DNA of 64,000 nt from an uncultured Gammaproteobacteria bacterium (GTDB lineage Bacteria > Patescibacteriota > Patescibacteriia > PEXW01): the NCBI GenBank assembly GCA_964486505.1, contig CAZAMC010000003.1, positions 19,505-83,504 on the forward strand, given 5' to 3'. Shown one piece after another: positions 9,692 to 20,380 of the stretch. The notes under the pieces are model-generated. The model was not told the origin of the DNA and searched no databases. It worked only from the letters and a program-made list of their open reading frames with translations. Each line of letters opens with the position of its first letter. Within the stretch, counting starts at the first letter, position 1. The translations under genes and the position numbers were made by a program.

Positions 9692-10537
9692 CTAGCCCTT
9701 CTTCGCCGGTCGGCGTTTGAGAATGAAACGGTCAGAGAACTTGCCCGCGCGACGAGTCTTTACCCCAAGGGCGGGCTTCCCCCACGGGGTCTTCGGGTGC
9801 TTCATACCAATCGGTTGGTTACCTTCACCACCACCATGCGGGTGGTCAACTGGATTCATAACTTTCCCGCGGACCGTTGGCCGAAAACCTTTCAAGATGA
9901 CCCGACCTGCCTTCCCGAGGCGGACATTGCTGTGATCAATGTTGGAAATTTGCCCGAGGGAGGCGCGTGCCTGTGCTGGAATGGCGCGAATTTCGCCCGA
10001 CGGCATCTTCACCTGCGCCATGCCCCCTTCCACCGCCATGATCACTGCCGACGCCCCAGCGGAACGTACGCTGATGCCGCCGCGCCCAGGTTGGAGTTCT
10101 AGACTGTGGATGGGCATGCCAACCGGAATATCCTGAAGGGGCATGCGGTTACCGACGGTCACTTCAACACGCTTTGTTGCGCTCACTACCTGCGCACCCG
10201 GCTTTAAGTCTGCTGGTGCCAAGATGTACCGCTTCTCGCCATCGGCGTACTGCAGCAACGCCAGGTAGGCGGTGCGGTTTGGATCGTACTCAATGCCTAC
10301 TACCGTGCCCGGCATATCGAGCTTATCCTGGAGGAAATCTACAGTGCGCAGGAGGCGCTTGGCGCCACCGCCCCGATGCCGCGTGGTGATCTTGCCTTGG
10401 TTATTGCGGCCACCCGTGCGGAGCTTTGGCCCGAGAAGCGACTTCTCCGGGGTGTTCTTCGTCACCTCGGTCTTCCAGCCACGCACGCCGGCATGGCGTC
10501 GCCCAGGAGTTGTTGGTTTGTAGAGTTTAAATGCCAT
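9692..10537 (-). CDS. rplB: 50S ribosomal protein L2
   Basis: [28 protein letters not shown]. Confidence 0.99.
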   Translation of the reverse strand: MAFKLYKPTTPGRRHAGVRGWKTEVTKNTPEKSLLGPKLRTGGRNNQGKITTRHRGGGAKRLLRTVDFLQDKLDMPGTVVGIEYDPNRTAYLALLQYADGEKRYILAPADLKPGAQVVSATKRVEVTVGNRMPLQDIPVGMPIHSLELQPGRGGISVRSAGASAVIMAVEGGMAQVKMPSGEIRAIPAQARASLGQISNIDHSNVRLGKAGRVILKGFRPTVRGKVMNPVDHPHGGGEGNQPIGMKHPKTPWGKPALGVKTRRAGKFSDRFILKRRPAKKG

Positions 10538-10538
10538 A

Positions 10539-10988
10539 CTAGCTCGTTACATCAATAGTCTTGCCGGTGGGGAGAGTAACCGTCGCTTTCTTCCAGGACT
10601 TCTGCGTGCCCTTCACCAGGCCAAAGCGGATGGCCTTGCCCTTTACGGTCCGCGTCGTTACGTGCACGGGGCGCACACCGTAGGCAGCGAAGACCGCATC
10701 GCGCACTTCAACCTTCCCCGCCGTCGTCGGCACGGCAAACACGTACTGGTTCAGGCTGGTTAGACGAGTAGACTTCTCGGTGAGGATGGGCCGCAGGAGT
10801 GTGCGGTGCGCGTGGCGGGTGTTCGCCTTCAGAACGCGCGGCTTCTTTGTGGCTTTCTCTGCTTTCTCGGTTTTCGGCGCTTCCGCTTCCTTGGCTGGCG
10901 TAGCCGCAACGGCCTCCTTGGCGTTTGCCGGTTTCTTATCCTTGCCCACGTCTTGGTGCTTCTTGCGAAGTCGATCGAAAAGTCCCAT
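10539..10988 (-). CDS. rplW: 50S ribosomal protein L23 with N-terminal extension
   Basis: RPILTEKS...WKKATVTL; start at MGLFDRLRKK just after the rplD stop. Confidence 0.92.
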   Translation of the reverse strand: MGLFDRLRKKHQDVGKDKKPANAKEAVAATPAKEAEAPKTEKAEKATKKPRVLKANTRHAHRTLLRPILTEKSTRLTSLNQYVFAVPTTAGKVEVRDAVFAAYGVRPVHVTTRTVKGKAIRFGLVKGTQKSWKKATVTLPTGKTIDVTS

Positions 10989-10992
10989 ACGA

Positions 10993-11646
10993 TTAGGTGC
11001 TGTGCTTCTTAAAGAAGGTGTTCGCGATAACATCGAGGCTGGCAACCGGGAGCACGAGGTGGTGGCTGCGAAGAACATCGTAGGCGTTCAGGCTGTCGGC
11101 GCGGAGAACCGTAACATCCTGGAGGTTCCGCGTAGCGAGAACGAGCTTCGTGTCATGGCTTGCAGGAATCACTGTGGTCTTGCGCACGGCCTTGAGTTTC
11201 TTCAGCAAACCAGCAACAGGTTTGGTCTTGCCATCGGCGGGCAGCGCTTCCACGAGGAGGAGGTGGTGCTTCGCAGCGAGGGTTGAAAGGGCCATGGCCA
11301 AAGCCTTGCGTCGAACTTTTACCGGGAGCTGCTTAGACCAGTTGCGGCCCGTGCGCGGGCCAAAGATGACGCCGCCACCCCGCCACTGCGGGCTGCGAAT
11401 AGAACCTTGCCGTGCGTTTCCCGTTCCCTTCTGGCGCCACGGCTTCTTGCCGCCGCCCCGCACTTCCGCTTTGGTCTTGCTGTGCGCTAAACCCAAACGC
11501 TGATTGGCCAAATGGGCAGTCGTCACCAGGTGCAAGAGCCCCGTGTCCACAGCGACACCGAAAATGGCTGGATCAAGCTGCACGTCCTTCGTGGGCTTAC
11601 CCTCGAGGTCGTACACCTTGGCCACAAGTTTTGCAGCGGTTGCCAT
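10993..11646 (-). CDS. rplD: 50S ribosomal protein L4
   Basis: EVRGGGKKPWRQKGTGNARQGSIRSPQWRGGG. Confidence 0.98.
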   Translation of the reverse strand: MATAAKLVAKVYDLEGKPTKDVQLDPAIFGVAVDTGLLHLVTTAHLANQRLGLAHSKTKAEVRGGGKKPWRQKGTGNARQGSIRSPQWRGGGVIFGPRTGRNWSKQLPVKVRRKALAMALSTLAAKHHLLLVEALPADGKTKPVAGLLKKLKAVRKTTVIPASHDTKLVLATRNLQDVTVLRADSLNAYDVLRSHHLVLPVASLDVIANTFFKKHST

Positions 11647-11647
11647 A

Positions 11648-12253
11648 CTACGCAGACTGGATGAGGAGGAGGGACCCACGGCTGCCAGGAACCGCGCCCT
11701 TGAGGGCTATCAAATTCTTGCTGGCGTCAACTTCCACGACTTCAAGATTCTCGACGGTGGTTTTCTGGCCACCCATGCGACCAGCCATGCGCAAACCCTT
11801 CATGACGTGCTGCGGGAAGGTGGCGCCAATCGAGCCGGGCATGCGGAGGTTATCCTTGTGGCCGTGCGAGGCCGGACCGCCGCGGAAACCGTGGCGGCGC
11901 ACAACCCCTTGAAAACCTTTGCCTTTGGCAGTGCCGGTGACACGCACGACATTCCCAACGGCAAACGTTGATGCATCTATGAGCTTCCCGCGCTCCAGCC
12001 CCTGTGTGTCATCTACCCGAACTTCCTTCAGGTGCGCATTTGCTTGCAGATCTTTCGTATGGCCGGCGCGGGCCTTGGTGGCGTGTTTCGCAGTACCAAA
12101 GCTCAACTGCACAGCCGAGTACCCGTCCTTATCGGCGGTCTTCACCTGGGCAACAACGCACGGGCCAGCCTCCACGAGGGTCACCGGCACGACGGCGCCA
12201 TTCTCATGGAACCGCTGCGTCATACCAATTTTTTTTGCGAGGATGAAGGACAT
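11648..12253 (-). CDS. rplC: 50S ribosomal protein L3
   Basis: KIGMT, DGYSAVQ, KGKGFQGVVRRHGF, KGAVPG. Confidence 0.98.
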   Translation of the reverse strand: MSFILAKKIGMTQRFHENGAVVPVTLVEAGPCVVAQVKTADKDGYSAVQLSFGTAKHATKARAGHTKDLQANAHLKEVRVDDTQGLERGKLIDASTFAVGNVVRVTGTAKGKGFQGVVRRHGFRGGPASHGHKDNLRMPGSIGATFPQHVMKGLRMAGRMGGQKTTVENLEVVEVDASKNLIALKGAVPGSRGSLLLIQSA

Positions 12254-12259
12254 GGTCTG

Positions 12260-12292
12260 AGAAAAAGAAAATCTGGCCAATGACTGCCAGAT
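12260..12292 (-). terminator. Intrinsic terminator-like hairpin just upstream of rplC
   Basis: ATCTGGC-8nt-GCCAGAT stem followed on the minus strand by TTTCTTTTTC. Confidence 0.55.
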
Positions 12293-12446
12293 GTCGGTCC
12301 ACGTGGGTGGACGTCCATGGCGAGTCGTTATCCCGGGCTTACGGGTGAACTGGTGCGACTATTGTCAGCCCGAGAACCTACTGCCTGCGTACGCTGCGGT
12401 AGGGTCGGCGTCCCACGGAGTGGGCAGACGACCTCACCGCATTGAA

Positions 12447-12797
12447 CTACATCTTAATTTCTACGTCAACCCCGGCGGGCAAGTTCAGGTTCATGAGGGC
12501 GTCAACGGTCTTGGCCGTGGGGTCTAGAATATCCAGCAAGCGCTTGTGGGTGCGCATTTCGTACTGCTCGCGCGAGTTCTTGTGCGCAAACGAGGAACGA
12601 ATAACCGTAAAACGATTTCGTTCGGTTGGCAGGGGCACAGGCCCGCGCACGCTCGCGCCCGTCCGTTTCACGGTGTCGATGATCGTGCGGATAGATTGGT
12701 CGATGATCTTGTGGTCGTACCCACGGATCCGAATGCGGATGCGCTGGTGGACCTCTTCTTCGACTGTCTGTACGGGTTGTGGGGTAGCGTCTGCCAT
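12447..12797 (-). CDS. rpsJ: 30S ribosomal protein S10
   Basis: [28 protein letters not shown]. Confidence 0.98.
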   Translation of the reverse strand: MADATPQPVQTVEEEVHQRIRIRIRGYDHKIIDQSIRTIIDTVKRTGASVRGPVPLPTERNRFTVIRSSFAHKNSREQYEMRTHKRLLDILDPTAKTVDALMNLNLPAGVDVEIKM

Positions 12798-12864
12798 GGA
12801 ACGAGCTAAGGAGCGGGAGAAACCTCGCCCGCCCCGCAACAGCGGGACGGGCGAGGGTAAAGTA

Positions 12865-14052
12865 TTACTTAATAATCTTGGTCACAACTCCGGCGCCAAC
12901 CGTGTGGCCACCTTCGCGGATCGCGAAGCGCTGGTTCTCTTCCAAAGCCACCGGGGCGACGAGCTTCACAACAAGGTTTACTGTATCACCCGGCATGACC
13001 ATTTCCGCGCCGGCCGGAAGTTCTACTTCACCGGTAACATCCGTGGTGCGGATGTAGAACTGCGGCTTGTACCCCTTTAAAAACGGGGTGTGGCGGCCGC
13101 CTTCTTCCTTGGTGAGAATGTAGCACTTCGTTTCAAAGTCGGTGTGCGGGGTAATAGTGCCCGGCTTGGCAACAACTTGGCCGCGCTCCACTTCATCCTT
13201 CTTCGTACCGCGGAGGAGCAAACCAGCATTATCACCTGCTTGGCCCTGGTCGAGCTGCTTCTTAAACATCTCGATACCCGTCACGACGGTTTTCGAGGTG
13301 GCCTTCAGCCCAACAATTTCGATTTCCTCGTTGAGCTTAATTGCGCCACGCTCGATGCGCCCGGTAACCACCGTGCCTCGACCTTCGATGGAGAACACGT
13401 CTTCAACCGGCATGAGGAAGGGCTTATCAAGATCGCGCTTTGGCTCTGGAATGTACTCGTCCAACGTCTTAACGAGCTGGAGGATAGATTCCTGTGCCGC
13501 TTTGTCACCCTCGAGGGCCTTGAGGGCCGACCCGCGGATGATGGGGGTGGTGTCGCCTGGGAACTCGTACTTCTTCAGGAGGTCGCGGATTTCGACTTCG
13601 ACGAGGTCAATGAGTTCGGCATCGTTCACCATATCGACCTTGTTCAAGAAAACCACGATGTACGGCACACCCACCTGGCGAGCGAGCAAGATGTGCTCAC
13701 GAGTCTGGGGCATGGGACCGTCAGCTGCAGAGACGACGAGTACTGCGCCGTCCATCTGGGCGGCACCGGTGATCATGTTCTTCACGTAGTCGGCGTGCCC
13801 GGGGCAGTCGACGTGCGCGTAGTGGCGCTTCTCTGATTCGTATTCCACGTGCGCCGTAGCAATGGTAATACCGCGCGCCTTCTCTTCCGGCGCGTTGTCG
13901 ATTTGGTCGACGCCCTTCTGCTGGGCTTTCATGCCGTGATCAGCAAGGGTCTTGAGAATAGCCGCAGTGAGCGTGGTCTTCCCATGGTCAACGTGACCAA
14001 TGGTCCCAACGTTCACGTGTGGCTTGCTGCGGTCAAAGGTTTCTGCTGCCAT
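12865..14052 (-). CDS. tuf: Elongation factor Tu
   Basis: [28 protein letters not shown]. Confidence 0.99.
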   Translation of the reverse strand: MAAETFDRSKPHVNVGTIGHVDHGKTTLTAAILKTLADHGMKAQQKGVDQIDNAPEEKARGITIATAHVEYESEKRHYAHVDCPGHADYVKNMITGAAQMDGAVLVVSAADGPMPQTREHILLARQVGVPYIVVFLNKVDMVNDAELIDLVEVEIRDLLKKYEFPGDTTPIIRGSALKALEGDKAAQESILQLVKTLDEYIPEPKRDLDKPFLMPVEDVFSIEGRGTVVTGRIERGAIKLNEEIEIVGLKATSKTVVTGIEMFKKQLDQGQAGDNAGLLLRGTKKDEVERGQVVAKPGTITPHTDFETKCYILTKEEGGRHTPFLKGYKPQFYIRTTDVTGEVELPAGAEMVMPGDTVNLVVKLVAPVALEENQRFAIREGGHTVGAGVVTKIIK

Positions 14053-14109
14053 AGACGTGAGAATTAATGGCTAGGGTTAGAGAAAGTGGAGAAAATGAGT
14101 GCGAACGTG

Positions 14110-14138
14110 AGCATACCAACCTCTTGCCAACTTGGCAA
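14110..14138 (-). promoter_or_regulatory. Putative internal sigma70 promoter for tuf
   Basis: TTGCCA-17-TATGCT with TG extension on the minus strand. Confidence 0.55.
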
Positions 14139-14153
14139 GGGGGCCGCCCTCGG

Positions 14154-16241
14154 CTAACCCGCGGGCTGGACTGCGGACTTCTCAATAATCCCTTGGGCAA
14201 CGTTCCGAGGGACTTCTGCGTAGTGGCTGAACTCCATGCTGTAGGAAGCACGGCCCTGGGTCATGGACCGAAGGGCGGTGGCGTAGCCAAACATCTCGGC
14301 CAGCGGGACATCGGCATCAATAACCCGCATTTGGCCACGGTCACGCATTTCCTTAATCTGGGCCCGTTTGCTATTCAGGTCACCAATGACATCGCCCATG
14401 AACGATTCCGGTGTTACCGCTTCAACTTTCATAATTGGCTCCAAAAGGATGGGCTTGGCTTTCTTGCACGCAGCCTGCACAGCCATGGAGCCCGCAATCT
14501 TGAATGCCATTTCCGAAGAGTCAACTTCGTGGTAGCTGCCGTCGTACACCGTAGCTTTCACATCAATCATCGGGAAGCCGGCAATGATGCCGCGGTCGAG
14601 GGCTTCGGCAATGCCTTTGTTGATGGGCTGGATGTACTCCTTCGGAATAGTGCCGCCCTTTACGTCGTCAACGAATTCGTAGCCCTTCCCCTTCTCGTTG
14701 GGCTCAACTTTCACCCAGCAGTGGCCGTACTGACCGCGGCCACCGGTCTGGCGAATGTACTTCCCTTCAGCATCGCCAGTCGTGGTGATCGTTTCCTTAT
14801 AGGCTACCTGCGGTTTCCCAACGTTCGCTTCTACTTTGAACTCCCGCTTCATACGGTCAACGATGATATCCAAGTGCAATTCACCCATGCCCGAGATAAT
14901 GGTCTGGTTAGTTTCCTCGTTGAATTTCACCCGGAAAGTCGGGTCTTCTTCAGCCAGACGCTGAATAGCGGTACCCATTTTCTCTTGGTCGGCCTTGGTC
15001 TTTGGCTCAATGGCTAAGTCGATGACCGGCGTGGGGAAGGTGATGGATTCCAGCACCACGTGGTGGTCAGGATCGCAGATGGTATGACCAGTGAAGGTGT
15101 TCTTCAGGCCCACAATGGCGGCAATCTCTCCCGCGTACACTTCCTGCACTTCTTCGCGGTGGTTGGCGTGCAGGCGAACGATACGGCCGACGCGTTCCTT
15201 CTCTCTGGTGGACGTGTTGTAGACGTACGACCCTGCAGTCAGCGTGCCCGTGTAAATGCGGAAGAACGCAAGCTTCCCAACGAATGGGTCGGCCGCGATC
15301 TTAAAGACCAACCCGGCGAATGGCTTGGTATCATCCGGCGAACAGACAACTTCCGCATTCGTCTTTGGGTCAATGCCTTTGGCAGCCGGAATTTCGAGGG
15401 GATTTGGCAAGTAGTCCACCACCGCGTCTAGCAATAGCTGTACCCCCTTGTTCTTCAGGGCCGACCCGCACATGACGGGCACGATTTCATTGGTAATCAC
15501 GGCCTTGCGGAGCGTCGCCTTCAACGCCTCGAGGGGTGGCTCTTTACCCTCTAAGTACTGGTTCAGAAGTGCTTCGTCTTGCTCCACGATGGCCTCAATG
15601 AGTTTGTGGCGGAATTCCTCCACCTTGTCTTTCATGTCAGCGGGGACTTCAATCTGCTGCACGTCCTTACCAAGGTCATCCTTGTAGACGTACGCCGTGC
15701 GGGTGAAGAGGTCGATGACGCCCTGGAACGTCTCCGCGGCACCGATTGGCAACTGCAGAGGATGCGCACGGGTGGTGAGGCGTTCGTGGATGGATTTGAG
15801 GTCGTAGTCGAAGTCCGCGCCCATGCGGTCCATCTTGTTGATGAAGCAAATGCGCGGCACGCCAAACTTCTCGGCTTGGTGCCAGACGGTCTCGGACTGC
15901 GATTCCACGCCCGCCACGCCGTCGAAGACCACCACGCCCCCGTCGAGCACCCGCAAGCTGCGCTGCACTTCTACGGTGAAGTCAATGTGCCCAGGCGTGT
16001 CGATGAGGTTGATGCGCTTGCCGTTCCAGAAGCAGGTGGTGGCGGCAGCCGTGATGGTGATCCCGCGCTCTTTCTCCTGCTCCATCCAGTCCATTTCGGC
16101 GGCGCCTTCGTGCACTTCACCAATCTTGTGCTTCTTGCCCGTGTAGAACAAAATGCGCTCGGACACGGTGGTCTTGCCTGCATCAATGTGGGCAATAATG
16201 CCAATGTTTCGAGTGTTTTCTAGCGAGTATTCACGGGCCAT
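14154..16241 (-). CDS. fusA: Elongation factor G
   Basis: [32 protein letters not shown]. Confidence 0.99.
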   Translation of the reverse strand: MAREYSLENTRNIGIIAHIDAGKTTVSERILFYTGKKHKIGEVHEGAAEMDWMEQEKERGITITAAATTCFWNGKRINLIDTPGHIDFTVEVQRSLRVLDGGVVVFDGVAGVESQSETVWHQAEKFGVPRICFINKMDRMGADFDYDLKSIHERLTTRAHPLQLPIGAAETFQGVIDLFTRTAYVYKDDLGKDVQQIEVPADMKDKVEEFRHKLIEAIVEQDEALLNQYLEGKEPPLEALKATLRKAVITNEIVPVMCGSALKNKGVQLLLDAVVDYLPNPLEIPAAKGIDPKTNAEVVCSPDDTKPFAGLVFKIAADPFVGKLAFFRIYTGTLTAGSYVYNTSTREKERVGRIVRLHANHREEVQEVYAGEIAAIVGLKNTFTGHTICDPDHHVVLESITFPTPVIDLAIEPKTKADQEKMGTAIQRLAEEDPTFRVKFNEETNQTIISGMGELHLDIIVDRMKREFKVEANVGKPQVAYKETITTTGDAEGKYIRQTGGRGQYGHCWVKVEPNEKGKGYEFVDDVKGGTIPKEYIQPINKGIAEALDRGIIAGFPMIDVKATVYDGSYHEVDSSEMAFKIAGSMAVQAACKKAKPILLEPIMKVEAVTPESFMGDVIGDLNSKRAQIKEMRDRGQMRVIDADVPLAEMFGYATALRSMTQGRASYSMEFSHYAEVPRNVAQGIIEKSAVQPAG

Positions 16242-16319
16242 ACGGAAGGGAAAGTGGCTAGTTATAGAAACGGCGGCTGATACGCCGCGAAATACGAAGG
16301 CCGAGCCAGCGGAGGCGCC

Positions 16320-16784
16320 TTACGCGAAGTGGGCAAAGGCGCGGTTCGCCTCAGCCATGCGGTGCACGTCCAGTTTCTTCTTCACCGCGTCGCCTTCGTT
16401 ATTGATGGCTGCCACGAGCTCCGCGGCAAGCTTCTCGGCCATTGGCCGACCTTTCTTGCTGCGGGCGGCGCCCAGAATCCAACGGAACGCCAGGGCTTGC
16501 CGGCGATCACCGCGAACTTCCATTGGAACTTGGTAATTAGAGCCACCCACGCGCTTGGCCTTCACTTCAACAGTTGGCGCAATGTTGCGAATGGCGAGGT
16601 CAAAACCTTCCACCGGCGGCTTACCGGTCTTCTCCTGCACGATGTCGAGGGCGCGGTAGACAATAGCCTGCGCAACGGTCTTCTTGCCACGCTCCATGAC
16701 AAAGTTGATAAACTTACCGAGAACGGGGTTGCCGTACTTCGGATCGGGAGCAATGCGTCGTTTGGGAGCTTGTTTGCCGCGCAT
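16320..16784 (-). CDS. rpsG: 30S ribosomal protein S7
   Basis: RVGGSNYQVP, HRMAEANRAFAHF. Confidence 0.98.
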   Translation of the reverse strand: MRGKQAPKRRIAPDPKYGNPVLGKFINFVMERGKKTVAQAIVYRALDIVQEKTGKPPVEGFDLAIRNIAPTVEVKAKRVGGSNYQVPMEVRGDRRQALAFRWILGAARSKKGRPMAEKLAAELVAAINNEGDAVKKKLDVHRMAEANRAFAHFA

Positions 16785-16787
16785 AGG

Positions 16788-17201
16788 TTAGCCTTTCTTG
16801 GCGCCGTACAAACTGCGGCCCTGCTTGCGGTTCGCTACGCCCTGCGTGTCGTATACGCCGCGGACAATGTGGTAACGAACACCCGGGAGATCTTTAACAC
16901 GGCCACCGCGGATGAGGACAATGGAGTGCTCCTGGAGATTATGACCGATTCCCGGAATGTAGGCGGTTACTTCCATACCATTCGAGAGGCGAACACGGGC
17001 AATTTTCCGAAGCGCCGAGTTTGGCTTCTTCGGCGTAGTGGTTGTCACCTTCACGCACACCCCCCGCTTAAATGGGCTGCCTTCCGGCAGGTTGTGGCGG
17101 TAGCGCTTGAGCGGGTTGAGCACCGGCTGGAGGGCCGGCGTCTTGGACTTCAGCTTGTTGGTGGCCCGACCACGACGGACGAGCTGGTTAACGGTTGGCA
17201 T
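16788..17201 (-). CDS. rpsL: 30S ribosomal protein S12
   Basis: [22 protein letters not shown]. Confidence 0.99.
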   Translation of the reverse strand: MPTVNQLVRRGRATNKLKSKTPALQPVLNPLKRYRHNLPEGSPFKRGVCVKVTTTTPKKPNSALRKIARVRLSNGMEVTAYIPGIGHNLQEHSIVLIRGGRVKDLPGVRYHIVRGVYDTQGVANRKQGRSLYGAKKG

Positions 17202-17289
17202 GCTGGAGTAATGAAAATCCGGTAGGGGCGAGGGCAGCCCTACGTGAACGAGTCAGCGGAGGGGCGGTAACCGGAAATCTGCAGGAGCG

Positions 17290-17318
17290 AATGTACCACG
17301 CCGCTCCACGTGCGTCAA
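17290..17318 (-). promoter_or_regulatory. Sigma70 promoter of the str/S10 operon
   Basis: TTGACG-17-TACATT on the minus strand, about 90 nt upstream of rpsL. Confidence 0.65.
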
Positions 17319-17327
17319 GCGCGAGTC

Positions 17328-17957
17328 CTACGGGATGATGACCCGGAAGGCTACATCCTCTACGGCCCCAAAAACCCTGCTCAAGAGTGGCTGCCCAAGG
17401 AAGACGAGGCCGACGAGGATAACGAACCCGTACTTATTGAAGAATTCTACAATTCCGTGAAAACGGTCCGGCAGGAGGTTGAGGAGTTTCGAGCCATCCA
17501 GCGGAGGCACGGGCAGGAGGTTGAAGAGCATGAGCACGATGTTGAACTGCACCAACAAAGCCAAAAAATTCAGGAGGAGGTTCGTGTTGGGCAAGTCCCC
17601 AAATTGCAGAACGACCCGCAAAATAATGCCGAAAACAATAAGCCCTACCAGGTTGGAAGCCGGACCAGCTAGGGAGACGATCGCCGGCCCCCAGCGTCGG
17701 GCCTTGAGGTTGTACGGATTGAAGGGCACGGGTTTCCCCCACCCAAAGCCAACCAGGACGAGCGCGATGAAGCCCCATGGATCAACGTGCGAGAGAGGGT
17801 TCAGGGTCACCCGGCCTTCCAGCTCGGCAGTACTGTCCCCTTGGAGCTTGGCGACGATGGCGTGGCTAAATTCGTGGATGGTGATGGCCACAACAATGGC
17901 CAGCACCCAGGCGACCGCCAGGGGTGGATTGGAGGAGAGGAGATTCAAGAACGGCAT
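17328..17957 (-). CDS. Site-2 protease family (M50B, YwhC-like) membrane metalloprotease
   Basis: HEFSH, LNPLSH, AGP, FNLLPVPPLDG. Confidence 0.93.
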   Translation of the reverse strand: MPFLNLLSSNPPLAVAWVLAIVVAITIHEFSHAIVAKLQGDSTAELEGRVTLNPLSHVDPWGFIALVLVGFGWGKPVPFNPYNLKARRWGPAIVSLAGPASNLVGLIVFGIILRVVLQFGDLPNTNLLLNFLALLVQFNIVLMLFNLLPVPPLDGSKLLNLLPDRFHGIVEFFNKYGFVILVGLVFLGQPLLSRVFGAVEDVAFRVIIP

Positions 17958-18016
17958 AGGACTTGCCAGGATAGGTAACGCGTGGTAGTCTGCACAGCAC
18001 TAGCGTAGCATACTCT

Positions 18017-18196
18017 ATGGCACGAACCTGTTCCATCTGCGGTCGGGGTGCGCTGAAAGGCAACATGCGCAGCCACTCCAAGATTGCCACCATCAAGCGG
18101 CAGCACGTTAACGTGCAAACCTTGTTTGTGGGCGGCAAGCGCGTTACCGCTTGCACATCTTGCATCCGGAGCAACGCCCGCAAGAGCGCCAAGTAA
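18017..18196 (+). CDS. rpmB: 50S ribosomal protein L28 (Zn-type); missing from the ORF track
   Basis: Manual translation MARTCSICGRGALKGNMRSHSKIATIKRQHVNVQ...ACTSCIRS, 59 aa. Confidence 0.93.
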   Translation: MARTCSICGRGALKGNMRSHSKIATIKRQHVNVQTLFVGGKRVTACTSCIRSNARKSAK

Positions 18197-18213
18197 CCCC
18201 CCTGCACTATAGA

Positions 18214-18240
18214 AAAATGCTCCGCTACGCGGAGCATTTT
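18214..18240. terminator. Bidirectional terminator
   Basis: AAAATGCTCCGC-TAC-GCGGAGCATTTT between convergent genes. Confidence 0.75.
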
Positions 18241-18242
18241 AG

Positions 18243-19034
18243 TTAGAAAAGGTACTTGGCAATGTCGCCAATGAACGCATATGCGAAGAGTGACAGGACC
18301 GCGAGTACACCCACAACTCGGAAGGGTGTAACGATCTTCGGCGTGTAGCGCTCGGCCAACTTGGCAATGATGTTCCCCACATCCAGTATTGGGAACGGGA
18401 GCGAGTTGAGCAGCCCCAGAGAAAAGCTGAAGATGGCCACCCGAGTAACCACCTCTTCCCAACTTGGTGCCTGCGCGAACGCGATAATTTCCGATGGGCC
18501 GGCTTGCCGCAACGGCACGAGGTACAGACCGTAAGCGGTAAACGCGAGGGCAAAAAGTGAGGTGAGCGGCAGGAGGAAGGCCGAAAGCGGGCGCCGTAGC
18601 CAAAAGATGCAACCGGCCACAGCTAAGGGGATGACAAAATTCCAACTGCCCTTCAGCAGGACAAGCAACGCAATGAGGGTTACGGCCCCTGTGTAATTGG
18701 CGAGAATCCCTGCTCCGTACACTTCAGCGTAGTCCACGTACCCCAGCCGCTTCATGTACACGATTCCCCGAAGCGTTGGTTTCACGTAGGCGCCAATTAG
18801 CAACGGATGCAGGCAGAAGTACACTGGCACTTTCCCGCCCCGGACGCGTACCCGCAGGTGCGGCACTTTGGGCAGAGGGATCCCCAAACCAATTTCGGTC
18901 ACGGGAATGTTGTGTCGCCGCATGGCCAAGTAGTGCCCGAGCTCGTGCGCCATGACAATGGCAACGAAACCGAACAGCGTAATGGTAAAGAGCACCTGAA
19001 GCCTCCTTTGTTTTCTTGCTTTTTTGTACGCCAA
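18243..19034 (-). CDS. M50 family (RseP-like, no PDZ) membrane metalloprotease
   Basis: HELGH, GAYVK, AGILAN, NSLPFPILD; start uncertain. Confidence 0.8.
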   Translation of the reverse strand: MAYKKARKQRRLQVLFTITLFGFVAIVMAHELGHYLAMRRHNIPVTEIGLGIPLPKVPHLRVRVRGGKVPVYFCLHPLLIGAYVKPTLRGIVYMKRLGYVDYAEVYGAGILANYTGAVTLIALLVLLKGSWNFVIPLAVAGCIFWLRRPLSAFLLPLTSLFALAFTAYGLYLVPLRQAGPSEIIAFAQAPSWEEVVTRVAIFSFSLGLLNSLPFPILDVGNIIAKLAERYTPKIVTPFRVVGVLAVLSLFAYAFIGDIAKYLF

Positions 19035-19094
19035 CGGTACGGCTTTCTACCGCAGCCGTCAATGCTCGACGAGAAGAAAAACTTCTCGGGCGAG

Positions 19095-19832
19095 CTACAA
19101 GTACTGCACGAGTTGTTCAGGATGGAGTAATGGCCAATCGTGCACGCCCACTACCCGGTTGAGCTGTGCATTGGGCATGATACGGACCAATTCTTCTCCT
19201 ACCGCTACGGGCACAAAATCATCCTGGTCGCCCCAGAGAATAGTCGTAGGAATTGACACCTGCTTGGCCTCCGCTCGAACATCGAGTCGCTTACATTCGT
19301 TTGCCAGGCGGAAGAGGTCACGCGGATTATGCGTGAGGTTGTACCCAAACGCCGCCACGACGTTTTGCATGTAACGCCGCGGCGCGTGTGCGACATTCTG
19401 CGCTTCCTTCTGCAACCACTGCACGTTCCAAGTGGCGCTCTTCCGCTGAATGGGCGCGCCAAGTGGATCAATGAGGATGAGTTTCCGCACCAGCCCGGGC
19501 GGGAGGAGCGACGCAGCCACAATGGCCACCGCCCCACCAAATGAATGACCGACCAAAATGCAGTCGTGGAGGCCAAGGTGAGTGAGCCATTCGGCGTAGA
19601 GCTTCCCAAAATCGTGAACCCCAAAATCCGGCCGGGGGAGGCGTTGAGATTTTCCATGCCCCACGAGGGAGGGAGTGAAGACGCAGTACTTGTCGGCCAA
19701 CAACTCCCGCACGTGCTGGGTCCCGCCCGCATGCACACTCCAGCCGTGCAAGAATACCAGCGGCGCGCCGGAACCCGCGCTGTAACTGTGAATATGCATC
19801 CCCTGAATATGGTGGCTGTGCTCCTGGTGCAT
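19095..19832 (-). CDS. Alpha/beta hydrolase
   Basis: FLHGW, GHGKS, GHSFGG nucleophile, WGDQD, His near the C-terminus. Confidence 0.92.
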   Translation of the reverse strand: MHQEHSHHIQGMHIHSYSAGSGAPLVFLHGWSVHAGGTQHVRELLADKYCVFTPSLVGHGKSQRLPRPDFGVHDFGKLYAEWLTHLGLHDCILVGHSFGGAVAIVAASLLPPGLVRKLILIDPLGAPIQRKSATWNVQWLQKEAQNVAHAPRRYMQNVVAAFGYNLTHNPRDLFRLANECKRLDVRAEAKQVSIPTTILWGDQDDFVPVAVGEELVRIMPNAQLNRVVGVHDWPLLHPEQLVQYL

Positions 19833-19870
19833 ACCTCCATCCTACCACGTTGCCCTGCTATACTCTGGCC

Positions 19871-20314
19871 ATGCCTTCACTTTTCGCCCTCCTCCTCTTT
19901 GCCCTTCTCACGGCGAGTTTACACGCCTGGATGGAAATTGAGATTGAGGGGCCAAATGGCTGGGCGGCAAAGCTGCCAACGAAACGGTACGACACTACAT
20001 TGGCCCGCCTCATCTTTGGCGTACCCATTACGCGATACCACCTGGTGATGATGGCGACCATTCTGGCATTCGCTCACCTCCCTGCCCTCTTCGTTGCGCC
20101 CTGGACGTTTGCGCATGAACTCGTTGTCTTCGGGTACGTCATCCTTCACTTTACGTTGGAAGACTTCTTGTGGTTTGTGTTCAATCCCGCTTATGGAATT
20201 CGAAAATTTTCTAAGCAGAACATCTGGTGGCACAGCCGCTGGTTCCTTGGCCTACCCCTGGCCTACTGGACTGGACTGCCTGTTGGTCTTGCCTTGCTGC
20301 TGCTAGGCATGTAA
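19871..20314 (+). CDS. Hypothetical membrane protein
   Basis: Four hydrophobic segments; EIEIEG..GWA..LPT and EDFLWFVFNP conserved-looking motifs; TATACT 6 nt before the ATG. Confidence 0.7.
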   Translation: MPSLFALLLFALLTASLHAWMEIEIEGPNGWAAKLPTKRYDTTLARLIFGVPITRYHLVMMATILAFAHLPALFVAPWTFAHELVVFGYVILHFTLEDFLWFVFNPAYGIRKFSKQNIWWHSRWFLGLPLAYWTGLPVGLALLLLGM

Positions 20315-20380
20315 CGGCTATTGACGGTGAGCCGGAACGCGCTAAGCTACGGAGAATAAAACTGTTCATTGGAGGAACTC

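Noticed and set aside
13090-17225. Long plus-strand ORFs (for example 14067-15017, 16329-17225)
   Set aside because: Antisense shadows of codon-biased tuf, fusA, rpsG and rpsL with no recognisable motifs
17866-18645. 259-aa minus-strand ORF
   Set aside because: Overlaps rpmB and two protease genes; composition is not protein-like
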